Shown here: positions 32,872-42,331 of the stretch, in pieces
Position numbering within the stretch: the stretch's first letter is position 1
Layout: every line of letters begins with the position of its first letter
Assembly (NCBI GenBank): GCA_963840765.1
Contig: CAWJAE010000010.1
Span: 25,540 to 89,539 of the forward strand
Origin: an uncultured Alphaproteobacteria bacterium
GTDB lineage: Bacteria > Pseudomonadota > Alphaproteobacteria > Rhizobiales > Aestuariivirgaceae
Direction of reading: 5' to 3'
DNA: 64,000 nt
The notes under the pieces: generated by a model
What the model saw: only the letters and a program-made list of their open reading frames with translations
The model's database searches: none
Told to the model about the DNA's origin: nothing
Made by a program: the position numbers and the translations under genes

Positions 32872-33489
32872 TTAAGACTTAACTTCGCCAAACGCCTGCC
32901 AGCCCGCCACCAGCCGCGTCAGCGTTGTGATGCAACACATGACTGCATAAATTGAAGCAATGAGCGGGAAATATTGCGGCCACAGGCACATGGCCACAAA
33001 GCAAACAACCGTTTCAAAACCTTCAGTCAGACCGCCCAGATAATAGAAACTCTTGGAAGGGTATGCCGTGCTTTTTTCACCCCGCTTTTCCGCCATGATG
33101 GCATAGGCCAGAAACGATACGCCGGTACCAATGAAACTCGCCAGCAGCACGGCTGCGGCCAGTGCATTGCTTTGGGGATTGCAAAAGGCGAAGGCGAGGG
33201 GGACGGCAGCATAAAACAGAAAATCCAGTGTAATGTCGATGAAGGCCCCTCGATCCGTTGGCGCCGAAAAGCGGGCCACCGCACCGTCAATGCCATCCAG
33301 CAAGCGGTTCAGGAGCAACGGCACAATGGCCAACATGATGTTGCCATGGGCGATCAAAACAGCAGACGACAGTCCTAATCCAAAACCCACAAAAGACACC
33401 TGATTGGCTGTCACGCCATAACTTACAAGCCTTCGTGCGACACGATCCACCATGGGCTTGGTCAATGCCAACATCATCCGGTCAAACAT
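32872..33489 (-). CDS. CDP-alcohol phosphatidyltransferase family protein (YnjF-like)
   Basis: TANQVS, NRLLDGIDGAVAR...TDRGAFIDITLDFLFY, KSFYYLGGLTEG. Confidence 0.9.
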   Translation of the reverse strand: MFDRMMLALTKPMVDRVARRLVSYGVTANQVSFVGFGLGLSSAVLIAHGNIMLAIVPLLLNRLLDGIDGAVARFSAPTDRGAFIDITLDFLFYAAVPLAFAFCNPQSNALAAAVLLASFIGTGVSFLAYAIMAEKRGEKSTAYPSKSFYYLGGLTEGFETVVCFVAMCLWPQYFPLIASIYAVMCCITTLTRLVAGWQAFGEVKS

Positions 33490-34126
33490 CGTGCACCTTT
33501 CCATTATCGATAATTTCAAGCACCCGCCCACCAACGGGCGCATCGGCACGGTCATGGGTTACAAGCAGCGCGGGAATGCCGCGTGCCTTGAGGTGGCTGT
33601 AAACATAGTCGCGCATGTGTTGCCGCAGCGCCTTGTCGAGTTTGCTAAAAGGTTCATCCAGCAAAATGGCGCGAGGCTTTGCCAAGAGAGCACGCATCAA
33701 GGCCACACGCTGGCGCTGCCCGCCCGAGAGCGTGTGCGGTGCGCGGCGTTCAAAACCTTCTAAGTCAGCACGCTGCAAAGCCGTTGAAACCATGTGAAGC
33801 CGCTCGGCCTTTGGCAAGTGCGGCACAGCAAACAACAGGTTTTCTTGTACTGTCATATGTGGAAATAGAAGATCGTCCTGAAACAACCGTGCAATGCCGC
33901 GCTGTTCCGGGGAGATGTTGCGCAAGTTCTGCCCTTGCAACAGCACCTCACCTGAGGTGACGAAGGTGTCTGAAATGTCACCTCCGATAAAGCTGAGTAG
34001 CGACGATTTGCCAGAACCGCTTGGCCCCATCAGTGTTGCAACTTCACCCGGGGCAATGACAAGCGACAAAGGCTGTAGCAGCCGTTTGCCGTTCAGCGAC
34101 AAGGATACATCAACCAATTCAAGCAT
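33482..34126 (-). CDS. ABC transporter ATPase (YnjD-like)
   Basis: GPSGSGKS, LFQDDLLFPHM, LSGGQ, LLDEPFSKLD, VTHD. Confidence 0.9.
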   Translation of the reverse strand: MLELVDVSLSLNGKRLLQPLSLVIAPGEVATLMGPSGSGKSSLLSFIGGDISDTFVTSGEVLLQGQNLRNISPEQRGIARLFQDDLLFPHMTVQENLLFAVPHLPKAERLHMVSTALQRADLEGFERRAPHTLSGGQRQRVALMRALLAKPRAILLDEPFSKLDKALRQHMRDYVYSHLKARGIPALLVTHDRADAPVGGRVLEIIDNGKVHDV

Positions 34127-35726
34127 TGCGCCACCGGGATTTGGACGCATGTGCCGCAATGGCAAAGCCCACAAGTGGAAGGGCCATCAACAGCAAAGCA
34201 TAAACGGATATCAAGGCGCGGTTGCCGCCGCTGCTCAAGGTGACAGCTTCCATTGGCAACGTTGAAAACCGCCCTGCGGCCGCCAATTGGGCCGGCACAA
34301 ATTGCGCCACAGAGACAGCAAAACCAACGGCTAGCGCTGACAACAGGGGCGCTTTCAACATGGGCCATTTCACTTGGGTCAAAAATTTTAATCGCCCCAC
34401 GCCCAAGCCCTGCCCTACACTGTGCCAACGATGATCATAGCCGCGGTAGGGCCCTTTCAGCATCACAAAAACATAAGCCGCCACGGGCAGCAGATGGGCG
34501 GCAAACAAGCCACACCAGGTGCCCGTAAGGCCTAACTGCAATAGCAACCGATACTGTCCCAGTGACACCAGCAAGGCAGGCACGCACAGCATGACGATGG
34601 CAGCCAGCCCAACCACCGCATCGCGCTTTGGCGATTGAGTTTCAAACCACCACATAACCGCCAGCACTGCGGTCAGCGATGTTGCAACACCGAGACCACA
34701 AGATGTGAGAATAGGTTTCGCATTTTGAAAAGCACCGGCCCACGCTTTGAGGGAATAGGCATCCGCCATCAGCTGGGGATAAGGCCAGAGGTGCGATACG
34801 GATTGCAGCAACAGTGCCGCGACGACAGCCGCATAAACCACCACCCACAGGCGCCACAGGTTTTTTGCAATGGGAATTAAACTTTGCTCTGGCCTTGCAC
34901 TTCGCGTCAACATGTTGCGCATCAGTGGCCGGATCGCGAGCACTGCAATCGAGGCCACCATAAGCCCGCCTGCGATCACCGTACTTAATACCAACGTTCC
35001 GGCAGCACCGCGTGCATTGGCTGCGGTTTCTCCGTCGTTCAAATCTGTCCATACAAGTTGCGCCAATGTTGGCGGTTGGGCCGGCCCAATGACCAGCGCC
35101 ATATCAACCACCGTCATGCCATAGCTGAACACCGCAACCAGCGGCCACAACACAAGGGGCAAAACTTGCGGCAGTACCACTTTCAAGAAAGTGGCGCGGG
35201 GGCCGTGGCCCAAACTGCGGCTAACGGTTGATTGCTGTTGCAAGGGCAAGGCCAGCGCCTCACTTTGCATGACCGACGCCATAGCCCACACCAGAAACGG
35301 TGTTTCTTTGAGCACCAGTGCAAGCGTCAATCCCAGCCCCCACGGGTCTTGCACCAATTGCCAATCGGGCGGAGCCACGCCACCCACCAGCAGCCGCGCC
35401 AAAACACCCGTGGGTGCCAACAGAAAGCCCAATCCCAATGCCAAGGCCACATGAGGCAGTGCGGTGAACAGCCCCACGCGTGCCAATATTTTGGGGCCTG
35501 TAACCATCACAATCACGACAGCACAGAGCAAGGCCAGCGCCGTACTTGTAACGCCTGTAAAAACAGTAAGACCCAGGCCGCCCCAGAATTGCGGGTGGGA
35601 AACCAACCGGGCAAAACTTTCTGCATCCAGTATTCCCGGCAACAGCATGAGGCAACTCAGCAGCACAGGCAGCAGAAACAGCAGTGTCATTGGCACTGCT
35701 CCCATGAACTGCCGTGCCTGTTGCAT
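34119..35726 (-). CDS. ABC transporter fused permease (YnjC-like)
   Basis: PHVALALG, QDPWGLGL..LKETPFL, VVDMALVIGPAQPPTLA, VSVAQFVP...GRFSTL..EAV. Confidence 0.85.
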   Translation of the reverse strand: MQQARQFMGAVPMTLLFLLPVLLSCLMLLPGILDAESFARLVSHPQFWGGLGLTVFTGVTSTALALLCAVVIVMVTGPKILARVGLFTALPHVALALGLGFLLAPTGVLARLLVGGVAPPDWQLVQDPWGLGLTLALVLKETPFLVWAMASVMQSEALALPLQQQSTVSRSLGHGPRATFLKVVLPQVLPLVLWPLVAVFSYGMTVVDMALVIGPAQPPTLAQLVWTDLNDGETAANARGAAGTLVLSTVIAGGLMVASIAVLAIRPLMRNMLTRSARPEQSLIPIAKNLWRLWVVVYAAVVAALLLQSVSHLWPYPQLMADAYSLKAWAGAFQNAKPILTSCGLGVATSLTAVLAVMWWFETQSPKRDAVVGLAAIVMLCVPALLVSLGQYRLLLQLGLTGTWCGLFAAHLLPVAAYVFVMLKGPYRGYDHRWHSVGQGLGVGRLKFLTQVKWPMLKAPLLSALAVGFAVSVAQFVPAQLAAAGRFSTLPMEAVTLSSGGNRALISVYALLLMALPLVGFAIAAHASKSRWRNA

Positions 35727-36925
35727 CAGCCTTTGCCGTAACGCTTCAACCAAGCGGATTCGAGCAGTCCCACCCAAGAGGCGTGGGGCTCCAACAAGGC
35801 GGGGCCCGGAACCGACACACTGCCCGCTGCCGCCGTTGCGGTGAACAATTGCGCATCGGCTGAAGACAATTTCGAGATCGCAAGCACTGTTGGATCGCCC
35901 CAGGTTTTCAAATCGTTTTTCTTGGCTTGCGCTTCCGGCGACAGTAGGAAGTTTGCAAACACTTGCGCTGCGGCCTTGGCTTTTGCATTGGCGGGAATTG
36001 CCACGAAATGCGTATTGCCAATGGTGCCGTTGCGATGCTGCCATGCAACAGTAGATGCTGGCATGCGCCCAGCCGCCACAAGGTTTGCAGGCTCATTTGG
36101 ATTGAAGGTGATGCCGATGTTTAATTCACCATCGGCCACCATGTTGGTGACGTCAGCTTGCGATTTTGGAAATTGTTTGCCTTCACGCCAGCTCACCTTG
36201 TGCAGTTGGTCCAAGGAATTGGCCCAAAGGTCTTCGTATTTCTTGAATTCGTTTTCGTCACCAACCGTTGCAAATACGCCGGGGTCTTGCACGGATTCAA
36301 ACAACACCTGTTTCAAGAACGTGGTGCCGTGGAAGTCCGGTGGGGCAGGATAACTCACACGACCCGGATTCTTTGTGGCATAAGCAATCAACTCATCGAT
36401 GCTGAGGGGTGGTGTTGAAATTTTCGCGCCATCAGCAAAGAATGTCAGTTGCGCCATGCCCCACGGCGCTTCAAGCCCTGCAACCGCTTCGCTAAAATCC
36501 TGCGTCGTCGTTGGCTTGCCTTCAACATCCACCAACGCATAATTCGGAAGATTTTCAGACCAAGGACCAAACAACAATTTGTCGTTCTTCATGGCGCGGA
36601 AGTTTTCGCCATTGATCCACACAAGGTCAACCGAACCGTCAGTCTTTCCTGCTGCCACTTCATCACGAACGCGTTTTACAACTTCGGCGGTGTCTGTAAT
36701 TTTCACGTGCTCAACCGTAACACCATTGCGCTTTTTCACTTCTTCACCGGCCCAGGCGATATAGGCGTTTATGGTGTCAGATCCGGCCCAGGCGTTGAAA
36801 TAAACAGTCTGCCCTTTGGCTTCTGCTTCAACACCCGCGAAATCAGCAGCAGTGGCAAAGCGTGACCACAGCGGCAGGGTTGTTGCGGCAAGCGAAGTTG
36901 TGAGCAGGTGACGGCGATTGATCAT
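35726..36925 (-). CDS. ABC substrate-binding protein (YnjB-like), Tat signal
   Basis: MINRRHLL twin-arginine; AKGQTVYFNAWAGS, DLVWINGENF, YPAPPDFHGTTFLKQ, GTIGNTHFVAIP. Confidence 0.88.
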   Translation of the reverse strand: MINRRHLLTTSLAATTLPLWSRFATAADFAGVEAEAKGQTVYFNAWAGSDTINAYIAWAGEEVKKRNGVTVEHVKITDTAEVVKRVRDEVAAGKTDGSVDLVWINGENFRAMKNDKLLFGPWSENLPNYALVDVEGKPTTTQDFSEAVAGLEAPWGMAQLTFFADGAKISTPPLSIDELIAYATKNPGRVSYPAPPDFHGTTFLKQVLFESVQDPGVFATVGDENEFKKYEDLWANSLDQLHKVSWREGKQFPKSQADVTNMVADGELNIGITFNPNEPANLVAAGRMPASTVAWQHRNGTIGNTHFVAIPANAKAKAAAQVFANFLLSPEAQAKKNDLKTWGDPTVLAISKLSSADAQLFTATAAAGSVSVPGPALLEPHASWVGLLESAWLKRYGKG

Positions 36926-37022
36926 GTTTTTCCTCGTTGTATGTGCACCAGCTATAAGCAACTCACGTAGCGTTGGCGATCACGCTTCTGAGCTTTGCAA
37001 TCAGATAATTGTGAACAAGTTC

Positions 37023-37784
37023 TCAAATGCCGTGGTGCAGGCTGTGGCCGTTGCTTTTCAACCATTGCTTGGCGGCTCTTGTGTGCGGACAATGCGTCAA
37101 CACCAAACGCCAAAAGCGCGGGCCGTGGTTCATTTCCCGCAAATGGGCCACTTCATGGGCCGCCACATAATCCAGCACAAAAGGGGGCGCTAACACCAAG
37201 CGCCAAGAATAAGACAAGGCCCCGTCGGAGGTGCAGGAGCCCCAGCGGCTTTGCTGGTCGCGAACGGAGAGCTTCGAAAAGTGTGTCTGCATTTTCGCGG
37301 CATAGTCGGTTGAGGCTTGGCGCAAGTCCTGTTCAGCTTCGCGCTTCAACCAGTCGGTCAAACGGCGGTGCCAGTGGGCTTCCCCACCCGGCACATGCAA
37401 GGTGTTAGTCGTCTCATCCAATTGCACAAGACCGCGCAGCTTTTCGACTTTATGAATGCGCAATGCCACCCCGCGCAGCATAACGGTATCGGCTGGCGCA
37501 TCCGCCAACTTGCGACCACGATGGGCCAGCGTATTCTGCATCCAAAGTGTTGAAGCATCCAAAAAGGTTTTGGCTGAAGCCAAGCTTTGGCGCTTGGGCA
37601 GCGTAAGGCTGAAATTTTCACCGTCGCGCGCCAGCCTTAGCACCATGCGGCGCGACGTGGCGTGGCGCTTCAGTTTCACGACAGCCAATCGGCCATCAAG
37701 TTCCACCGTCACATCGGGCAGCGGCGCAAGTTTTGCCGGACCGCCCTTTCCGAAAATCAGTTGCGTGAGTGGCCTAAGGCTCAT
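37023..37784 (-). CDS. YgjP/DUF45 zinc metalloprotease-like protein
   Basis: RDQQSRWGSC, YSWRL, YVAAHEVAHLREMNHGPRFW. Confidence 0.9.
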   Translation of the reverse strand: MSLRPLTQLIFGKGGPAKLAPLPDVTVELDGRLAVVKLKRHATSRRMVLRLARDGENFSLTLPKRQSLASAKTFLDASTLWMQNTLAHRGRKLADAPADTVMLRGVALRIHKVEKLRGLVQLDETTNTLHVPGGEAHWHRRLTDWLKREAEQDLRQASTDYAAKMQTHFSKLSVRDQQSRWGSCTSDGALSYSWRLVLAPPFVLDYVAAHEVAHLREMNHGPRFWRLVLTHCPHTRAAKQWLKSNGHSLHHGI

Positions 37785-39007
37785 GCTCCATTATGTTGCT
37801 GGGTAAACGCGTTAATCACCGGCACAACATCCGAAATGAACTTGCGGCCCGAAAACACACCATAATGCCCCACACCTTTTTGCAAGTGGTCCGCCTTCAT
37901 GGCATCCGGCAATCCGGTGCATAAGGCATGGGCAGCCTGGGTTTGGCCGGGGCCTGTAATGTCGTCACGCTCGCCTTCAATCGTCAACAAAGCGGTACGC
38001 GTAATGTCGGAAGGTTTAATTTCTTCATCGCGGTATTTATAGGTGCCGCGCGCGAGACTTTGCTGGATGAACACACGGTCCACTGTTTGCAAATAAAATT
38101 CCGCCGTCAAATCCATGACCGACATGTATTCGTCGTAGAAGTCTTGTACTTTTTCAACAGACTTATGTTCGCCTTCCACCACGTGCCAGAACAAATCACG
38201 ATGCGCCGATAGATGACGATTGGCATTCATAGACATGAAGCCCGCTAGTTGCAAAAAGCCCGGATAGACCCGGCGCCCTTCACCCGCATGGGGTGCAGGC
38301 ACAACGCTGATCATGTTGTTGCGGAACCAGTTCAAGCCTTTTTCCTGGGCAAGCGTGTTGACAGCGGTGGGGCTGAACCGCGTGTCTACCGGTCCACCCA
38401 TCAAAATCATGCTGTTGGGCGCAAGCGGGTCTTGGTGGGCATTCATTGACGATACTGCAACCAGCACCGGCACTGAGGGTTGGCACACCGCCATCACTGT
38501 GGCGCGTTCGCCCAAGTGGTGCAACATGTCCACCACATAGTCGGTGTAGTCATCAAGATCGAATGGACCATCGGATTCCGGCACGTGGCGGGCATCGGTC
38601 CAATCGGTCACGTAAACATCATGGGTGGGCAACATGCCTTCTACCGTGCTGCGCAAAAGCGTTGCAAAGTGACCGGACATGGGAGCGACAATCATCAGCT
38701 TTTGCTGCTTTGCCTCAAAGCCCACTTTGCGAAAATGCAACAGGCGGCAGAATGGCTTTTGCCAAACGCAGCGCTCTTCAACCTGCACCAGACCTTCTGC
38801 GGTAAGACTATGATCAACGTCAAAACTTGGCTTGGCATAACGCCGCGTCAAACGTTCAAACATGTGCAGCGAGGCATTTGCTTGGCGGCCAAAGGCCGTC
38901 CCACTCAAAGGATTATCTGAATTCAGCCAGAATTCGGCACCAGCGCGAGCCGCTTGGCGAAACGGCGCCATGGCGATGTGTTGCATTTCAAAAAATTGAT
39001 ACAGCAT
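37781..39007 (-). CDS. phaZ: Intracellular PHB depolymerase
   Basis: VAPMSGHFATLLR, YVTDW, AVCQP, MGGPVD, RRVYPGFLQL, EGERDDI, GHYGVFSG. Confidence 0.94.
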   Translation of the reverse strand: MLYQFFEMQHIAMAPFRQAARAGAEFWLNSDNPLSGTAFGRQANASLHMFERLTRRYAKPSFDVDHSLTAEGLVQVEERCVWQKPFCRLLHFRKVGFEAKQQKLMIVAPMSGHFATLLRSTVEGMLPTHDVYVTDWTDARHVPESDGPFDLDDYTDYVVDMLHHLGERATVMAVCQPSVPVLVAVSSMNAHQDPLAPNSMILMGGPVDTRFSPTAVNTLAQEKGLNWFRNNMISVVPAPHAGEGRRVYPGFLQLAGFMSMNANRHLSAHRDLFWHVVEGEHKSVEKVQDFYDEYMSVMDLTAEFYLQTVDRVFIQQSLARGTYKYRDEEIKPSDITRTALLTIEGERDDITGPGQTQAAHALCTGLPDAMKADHLQKGVGHYGVFSGRKFISDVVPVINAFTQQHNGA

Positions 39008-39037
39008 TGGCCCGTTGGCCCCCATTCTGAACACTTG

Positions 39038-39049
39038 TGTTGCAGTGCA
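39038..39049 (-). promoter_or_regulatory. PhaR/AniA-like box (TGCACTGCAACA on minus strand)
   Basis: TGC-N3-GCA motif ~30 bp upstream of phaZ, an expected PhaR target. Confidence 0.55.
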
Positions 39050-39069
39050 ATGTAACCTCGACCCAACGT

Positions 39070-39085
39070 GTTAACAAGTCCTTAA
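39070..39085 (-). promoter_or_regulatory. CtrA box TTAA-GGACTTG-TTAAC upstream of phaZ
   Basis: Perfect TTAA-N7-TTAAC on minus strand. Confidence 0.65.
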
Positions 39086-39116
39086 GGGCGAAGGCTTGGT
39101 TGCCGGCAAAAACAGG

Positions 39117-39722
39117 TTATCGGCTCAAAGCCAATTTTATACCTGTTGCCAATGCCTTGGCGTCAGTGGTGTAAGAAAAATGCTTCAAAAACAAGCCGTC
39201 TGGCCCCATTAAATAAATGATGGCGGAGTGGTCCATGGTGTAGTTTTCAGGGTTTTTCGGGTCCTTTTGCTTTTCATAATGCACCCGGTAAGCCTGCGTG
39301 ATGGTTGCCACTTGCTCGTCTGAGCCTGTGAGTCCCGTCAGGTTTTCGCCGAAATTGCTGACATACCCCGCCATGACTTCCGGCGTGTCGCGGGCGGGGT
39401 CAACCGTCACCAATAGGGGTTGAATATCCTTGCCATCGGCGCCCAAGTTTTCCAGCGCCGCCATCATGACTTGTAGTTCCGTGGGACAAATATCAGGGCA
39501 TGTGGTGAAGCCAAAAAACACCAGTAACGGTTTGCCCAGAAAGGTTTTCTCCGTCACAGTTTCACCGCGTTGATTGACCATGGTGAACGGGCCGCCGACC
39601 AGGGCGATGCCAGAACCAGTAGGTGAAGACCGCCCGGACAGCAGAGCAAAGCTACCCAAAGCGAGGGCCAGCAACAGTGTGGCGATCCCAATAATTTTTG
39701 ACGGCGACAGACGGTTTTGCAT
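39117..39722 (-). CDS. senC: SCO1/SenC copper chaperone
   Basis: VGGPF, FFGFTTCPDICPTEL, TVDPARD, MDHS; divergent from regB. Confidence 0.92.
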   Translation of the reverse strand: MQNRLSPSKIIGIATLLLALALGSFALLSGRSSPTGSGIALVGGPFTMVNQRGETVTEKTFLGKPLLVFFGFTTCPDICPTELQVMMAALENLGADGKDIQPLLVTVDPARDTPEVMAGYVSNFGENLTGLTGSDEQVATITQAYRVHYEKQKDPKNPENYTMDHSAIIYLMGPDGLFLKHFSYTTDAKALATGIKLALSR

Positions 39723-39773
39723 GTGTCGAACACCTAGTCTAACTTACGGGAAAAAGAAACAGGCCCAGCACTT

Positions 39774-39791
39774 TGTCACGCAGCTGTGACA
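39774..39791. promoter_or_regulatory. Palindrome TGTCAC-N6-GTGACA between senC and regB
   Basis: Perfect 6-bp inverted repeat in a divergent promoter region; regulator unknown. Confidence 0.3.
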
Positions 39792-39829
39792 TGACGTATA
39801 ATGGTCACCTATCGGTGACATGAGGTTTA

Positions 39830-41218
39830 ATGACGGACACGATAAGAAATTTTGCGCCGCGGCTTCTGGGTATTGGCCAGCATCAGGCCCCCATCCGCTT
39901 GCGCACGCTGGTGCGGCTGCGCTGGTTGGCGGTTATCGGGCAAACCATTACGGTGCTATTTGTGTCGCTGGTGCTGGGCTACCAGTTTCCCTTTGCCGCC
40001 TGCCTTGCGGCCATCGCACTATCGGCATGGCTTAATGTGTTCCTGACATTGCGCTGGCGAGCAGGCCAGATTTTGTCAACGCGGGCAGCCGGGTTGTTGC
40101 TGGCTTATGACGTGGTGCAATTGGCGCTTCTGCTTTATCTCACGGGCGGCCTTGAAAACCCCTTTGCATTTTTGTTCCTTGTGCCGGTCACCGTATCTGC
40201 CACGTCACTATCATTGCGCTGGACGTTTGCGCTGGGACTGATGGCCTTCGTATCTTCATCGCTGTTGTCGATTTACCACCTGCCATTGCCGTGGCCACAA
40301 GGCGAGGCCATCGCCTTGCCCCCCACTTATGTGGCCGGCATGTGGATTGCCATTTTGTGTGGCACCGGTTTTTCAGCAATTTACGCACGGCGAATGGCTG
40401 AAGAAGCGCAGATGATGGCGGCAGCGTTGAATGCAACGGAAATGGTATTGGCGCGTGAACAACGTCTGTCCGCACTTGATGGCTTGGCCGCCGCTGCTGC
40501 CCATGAATTGGGAACTCCCCTTGCCACCATTGCTTTGGTGGCGAAAGAGTTGAAGCGGGAATTCCCCAAGGTTTCTCCGCATACGGAGGATATAGACCTG
40601 TTGCTCAGCCAGTCTGCACGCTGTCGTGAAATTCTGGCCAAGCTCTCCAACCGCGAGCAAGCTGAAGATACTATTTTTGGTCAGGTCAAAGTTTCCTCGT
40701 TGCTGGAAGATCTTGTGGCACCCTTACGGGGTTCTGATGTGACCATTGACGTGACCTGTGTGGCTGAAGGCGCAGAAACGCCGGAACCTATTTTGCGCCG
40801 TAATCCCGGCCTGTCCTATGGCTTATCCAACATTCTGGAAAACGCTATCGACTTTGCTGAAAGTCGTGTCACCATTCATGCGACATGGTCGGCCTCAGCC
40901 TTCACCTTACGCGTGGTGGATGATGGACCCGGCTTCAACGAATTCATTTTTGACCGCTTGGGCGACCCCTTTGTTACGACCAGACCCGGATACGATAACT
41001 CCCCTGACTCTGACGAAAACCGCAGCCATGAAGGGATGGGTTTAGGTCTATTCATTGCCAAGACCCTGCTGGAACGTTCAGGTGCAAATGTGACGCTTTC
41101 CAATCGGGCGATGCCTGAACATGGGGCCGATATTCGCCTGCAGTGGCCGCGCAGCAGTATTGACGTGTCAATTCAGCCTTCAAAAGCACTTGACCCTAAA
41201 CCGCCGCAGCGCCAATGA
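39830..41218 (+). CDS. regB: RegB/ActS/PrrB redox sensor kinase
   Basis: RLRTLVRLRWLAVIGQ, TGGLENPF, AAAAAHELGTPLATI, RCREIL, GMGLGLFIAKTLLERSGA. Confidence 0.94.
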   Translation: MTDTIRNFAPRLLGIGQHQAPIRLRTLVRLRWLAVIGQTITVLFVSLVLGYQFPFAACLAAIALSAWLNVFLTLRWRAGQILSTRAAGLLLAYDVVQLALLLYLTGGLENPFAFLFLVPVTVSATSLSLRWTFALGLMAFVSSSLLSIYHLPLPWPQGEAIALPPTYVAGMWIAILCGTGFSAIYARRMAEEAQMMAAALNATEMVLAREQRLSALDGLAAAAAHELGTPLATIALVAKELKREFPKVSPHTEDIDLLLSQSARCREILAKLSNREQAEDTIFGQVKVSSLLEDLVAPLRGSDVTIDVTCVAEGAETPEPILRRNPGLSYGLSNILENAIDFAESRVTIHATWSASAFTLRVVDDGPGFNEFIFDRLGDPFVTTRPGYDNSPDSDENRSHEGMGLGLFIAKTLLERSGANVTLSNRAMPEHGADIRLQWPRSSIDVSIQPSKALDPKPPQRQ

Positions 41219-41234
41219 CGTATCTTAGGTAACA

Positions 41235-41777
41235 ATGATGACAAACCCTCAAGACAAAACGCTGCTGCTGGTCGATGACGACAAGCCTTTCCTCACCCGC
41301 TTGGCGCGTGCCATGGAAACTCGGGGCTTTGCCGTGCGCATGGCCGACACTGTGGCCGAAGGCATTGCGGAAGTAAAAACCCAAGCGCCGGGCTATGCCG
41401 TGGTGGATTTGCGCTTGAGCGATGGCAATGGCCTAGACGTGATCGAGGCATTGCACGCTGCACGACCTGACGCCCGTGTTGTTGTACTCACAGGTTATGG
41501 CAACATTGCCACCGCCGTCACTGCCGTGAAGCTGGGCGCTATCGATTACTTGGCCAAACCTGCCGACGCGGATGCGGTTTATGGCGCACTGATGTCGGAA
41601 GCCGCCGAGTCCCGCAATGCGCTGCCTGAAAATCCCATGTCGGCGGACCGTGTGCGTTGGGAACATATCCAGCGCGTTTTTGAGCTCTGTAACCGCAATG
41701 TGTCGGAAACGGCCCGCCGCCTCGCTATGCACCGCCGCACCTTGCAGCGCATTTTGGCCAAGCGCGCACCGAAGTAA
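41235..41777 (+). CDS. regA: RegA/ActR/PrrA response regulator
   Basis: LTGYGNIATAV, PENPMSADRVRWEHIQRV, NVSETARRL.MHRRTLQRILAKRAP. Confidence 0.96.
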   Translation: MMTNPQDKTLLLVDDDKPFLTRLARAMETRGFAVRMADTVAEGIAEVKTQAPGYAVVDLRLSDGNGLDVIEALHAARPDARVVVLTGYGNIATAVTAVKLGAIDYLAKPADADAVYGALMSEAAESRNALPENPMSADRVRWEHIQRVFELCNRNVSETARRLAMHRRTLQRILAKRAPK

Positions 41778-42248
41778 TTACGGATCCCAAAGGCCGTGCA
41801 GTCTTTGCGCTGCCACCCGGCCAAATGAGACTGTAATCGCTTTTCGCCTTGCCGCCACGAGTGGATGATTTGGCGCATGACGCAGGATTTCAGCGCCATA
41901 CTGATCAGCCACAATCAACCCCGCGTCCTCTGGTAAAATCTTTGCATCCATTGTCGGTGGCACGGCGAAATAAAGCTGGTCACAGTAGTCACGATATTCC
42001 GGCCATTTTGTATCGACATAAAAATCTTCCGGCGATGATTTTATTTCCACAATCCACAAGGTGCCATCCGCTTTCAACGCTGCTACATCGGCACGACGTC
42101 CTGTGGCCAGCGTGAACTCCGTCAACACTGCAAAACCATGGGCTTTCAACAATCGACATAAGCCACGCTGCACACCAGCAGCTGTAACGGATTGACGCCC
42201 GTCAGCAGCAGGAGCGAGATATATGGGAGAAGGTCCGGTTTCTGACAT
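41778..42248 (-). CDS. mmcB: MmcB-family DNA repair endonuclease
   Basis: EFTLATGRRADV, IVEIKSS, KWPEYRDYCD.LYFAV, GLIVADQYGAEI, ARRKA. Confidence 0.9.
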   Translation of the reverse strand: MSETGPSPIYLAPAADGRQSVTAAGVQRGLCRLLKAHGFAVLTEFTLATGRRADVAALKADGTLWIVEIKSSPEDFYVDTKWPEYRDYCDQLYFAVPPTMDAKILPEDAGLIVADQYGAEILRHAPNHPLVAARRKAITVSFGRVAAQRLHGLWDP

Positions 42249-42331
42249 TTGCCTGTTGCAGCGTTTGCGTTTGGCCCTATTCTCGACTGCAACAAGGCTC
42301 CGGTCAACAGGAGCAGGATTTTGGGAGTGGA

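Noticed and set aside
32862-32882. CtrA box near the speF promoter (also 25379-25394)
   Set aside because: TTAA half-site spacing is 6, 3 or 8 bp, not 7
42249-42331. LexA box upstream of mmcB
   Set aside because: No GTTC-N7-GTTC or GAAC-N7-GAAC found
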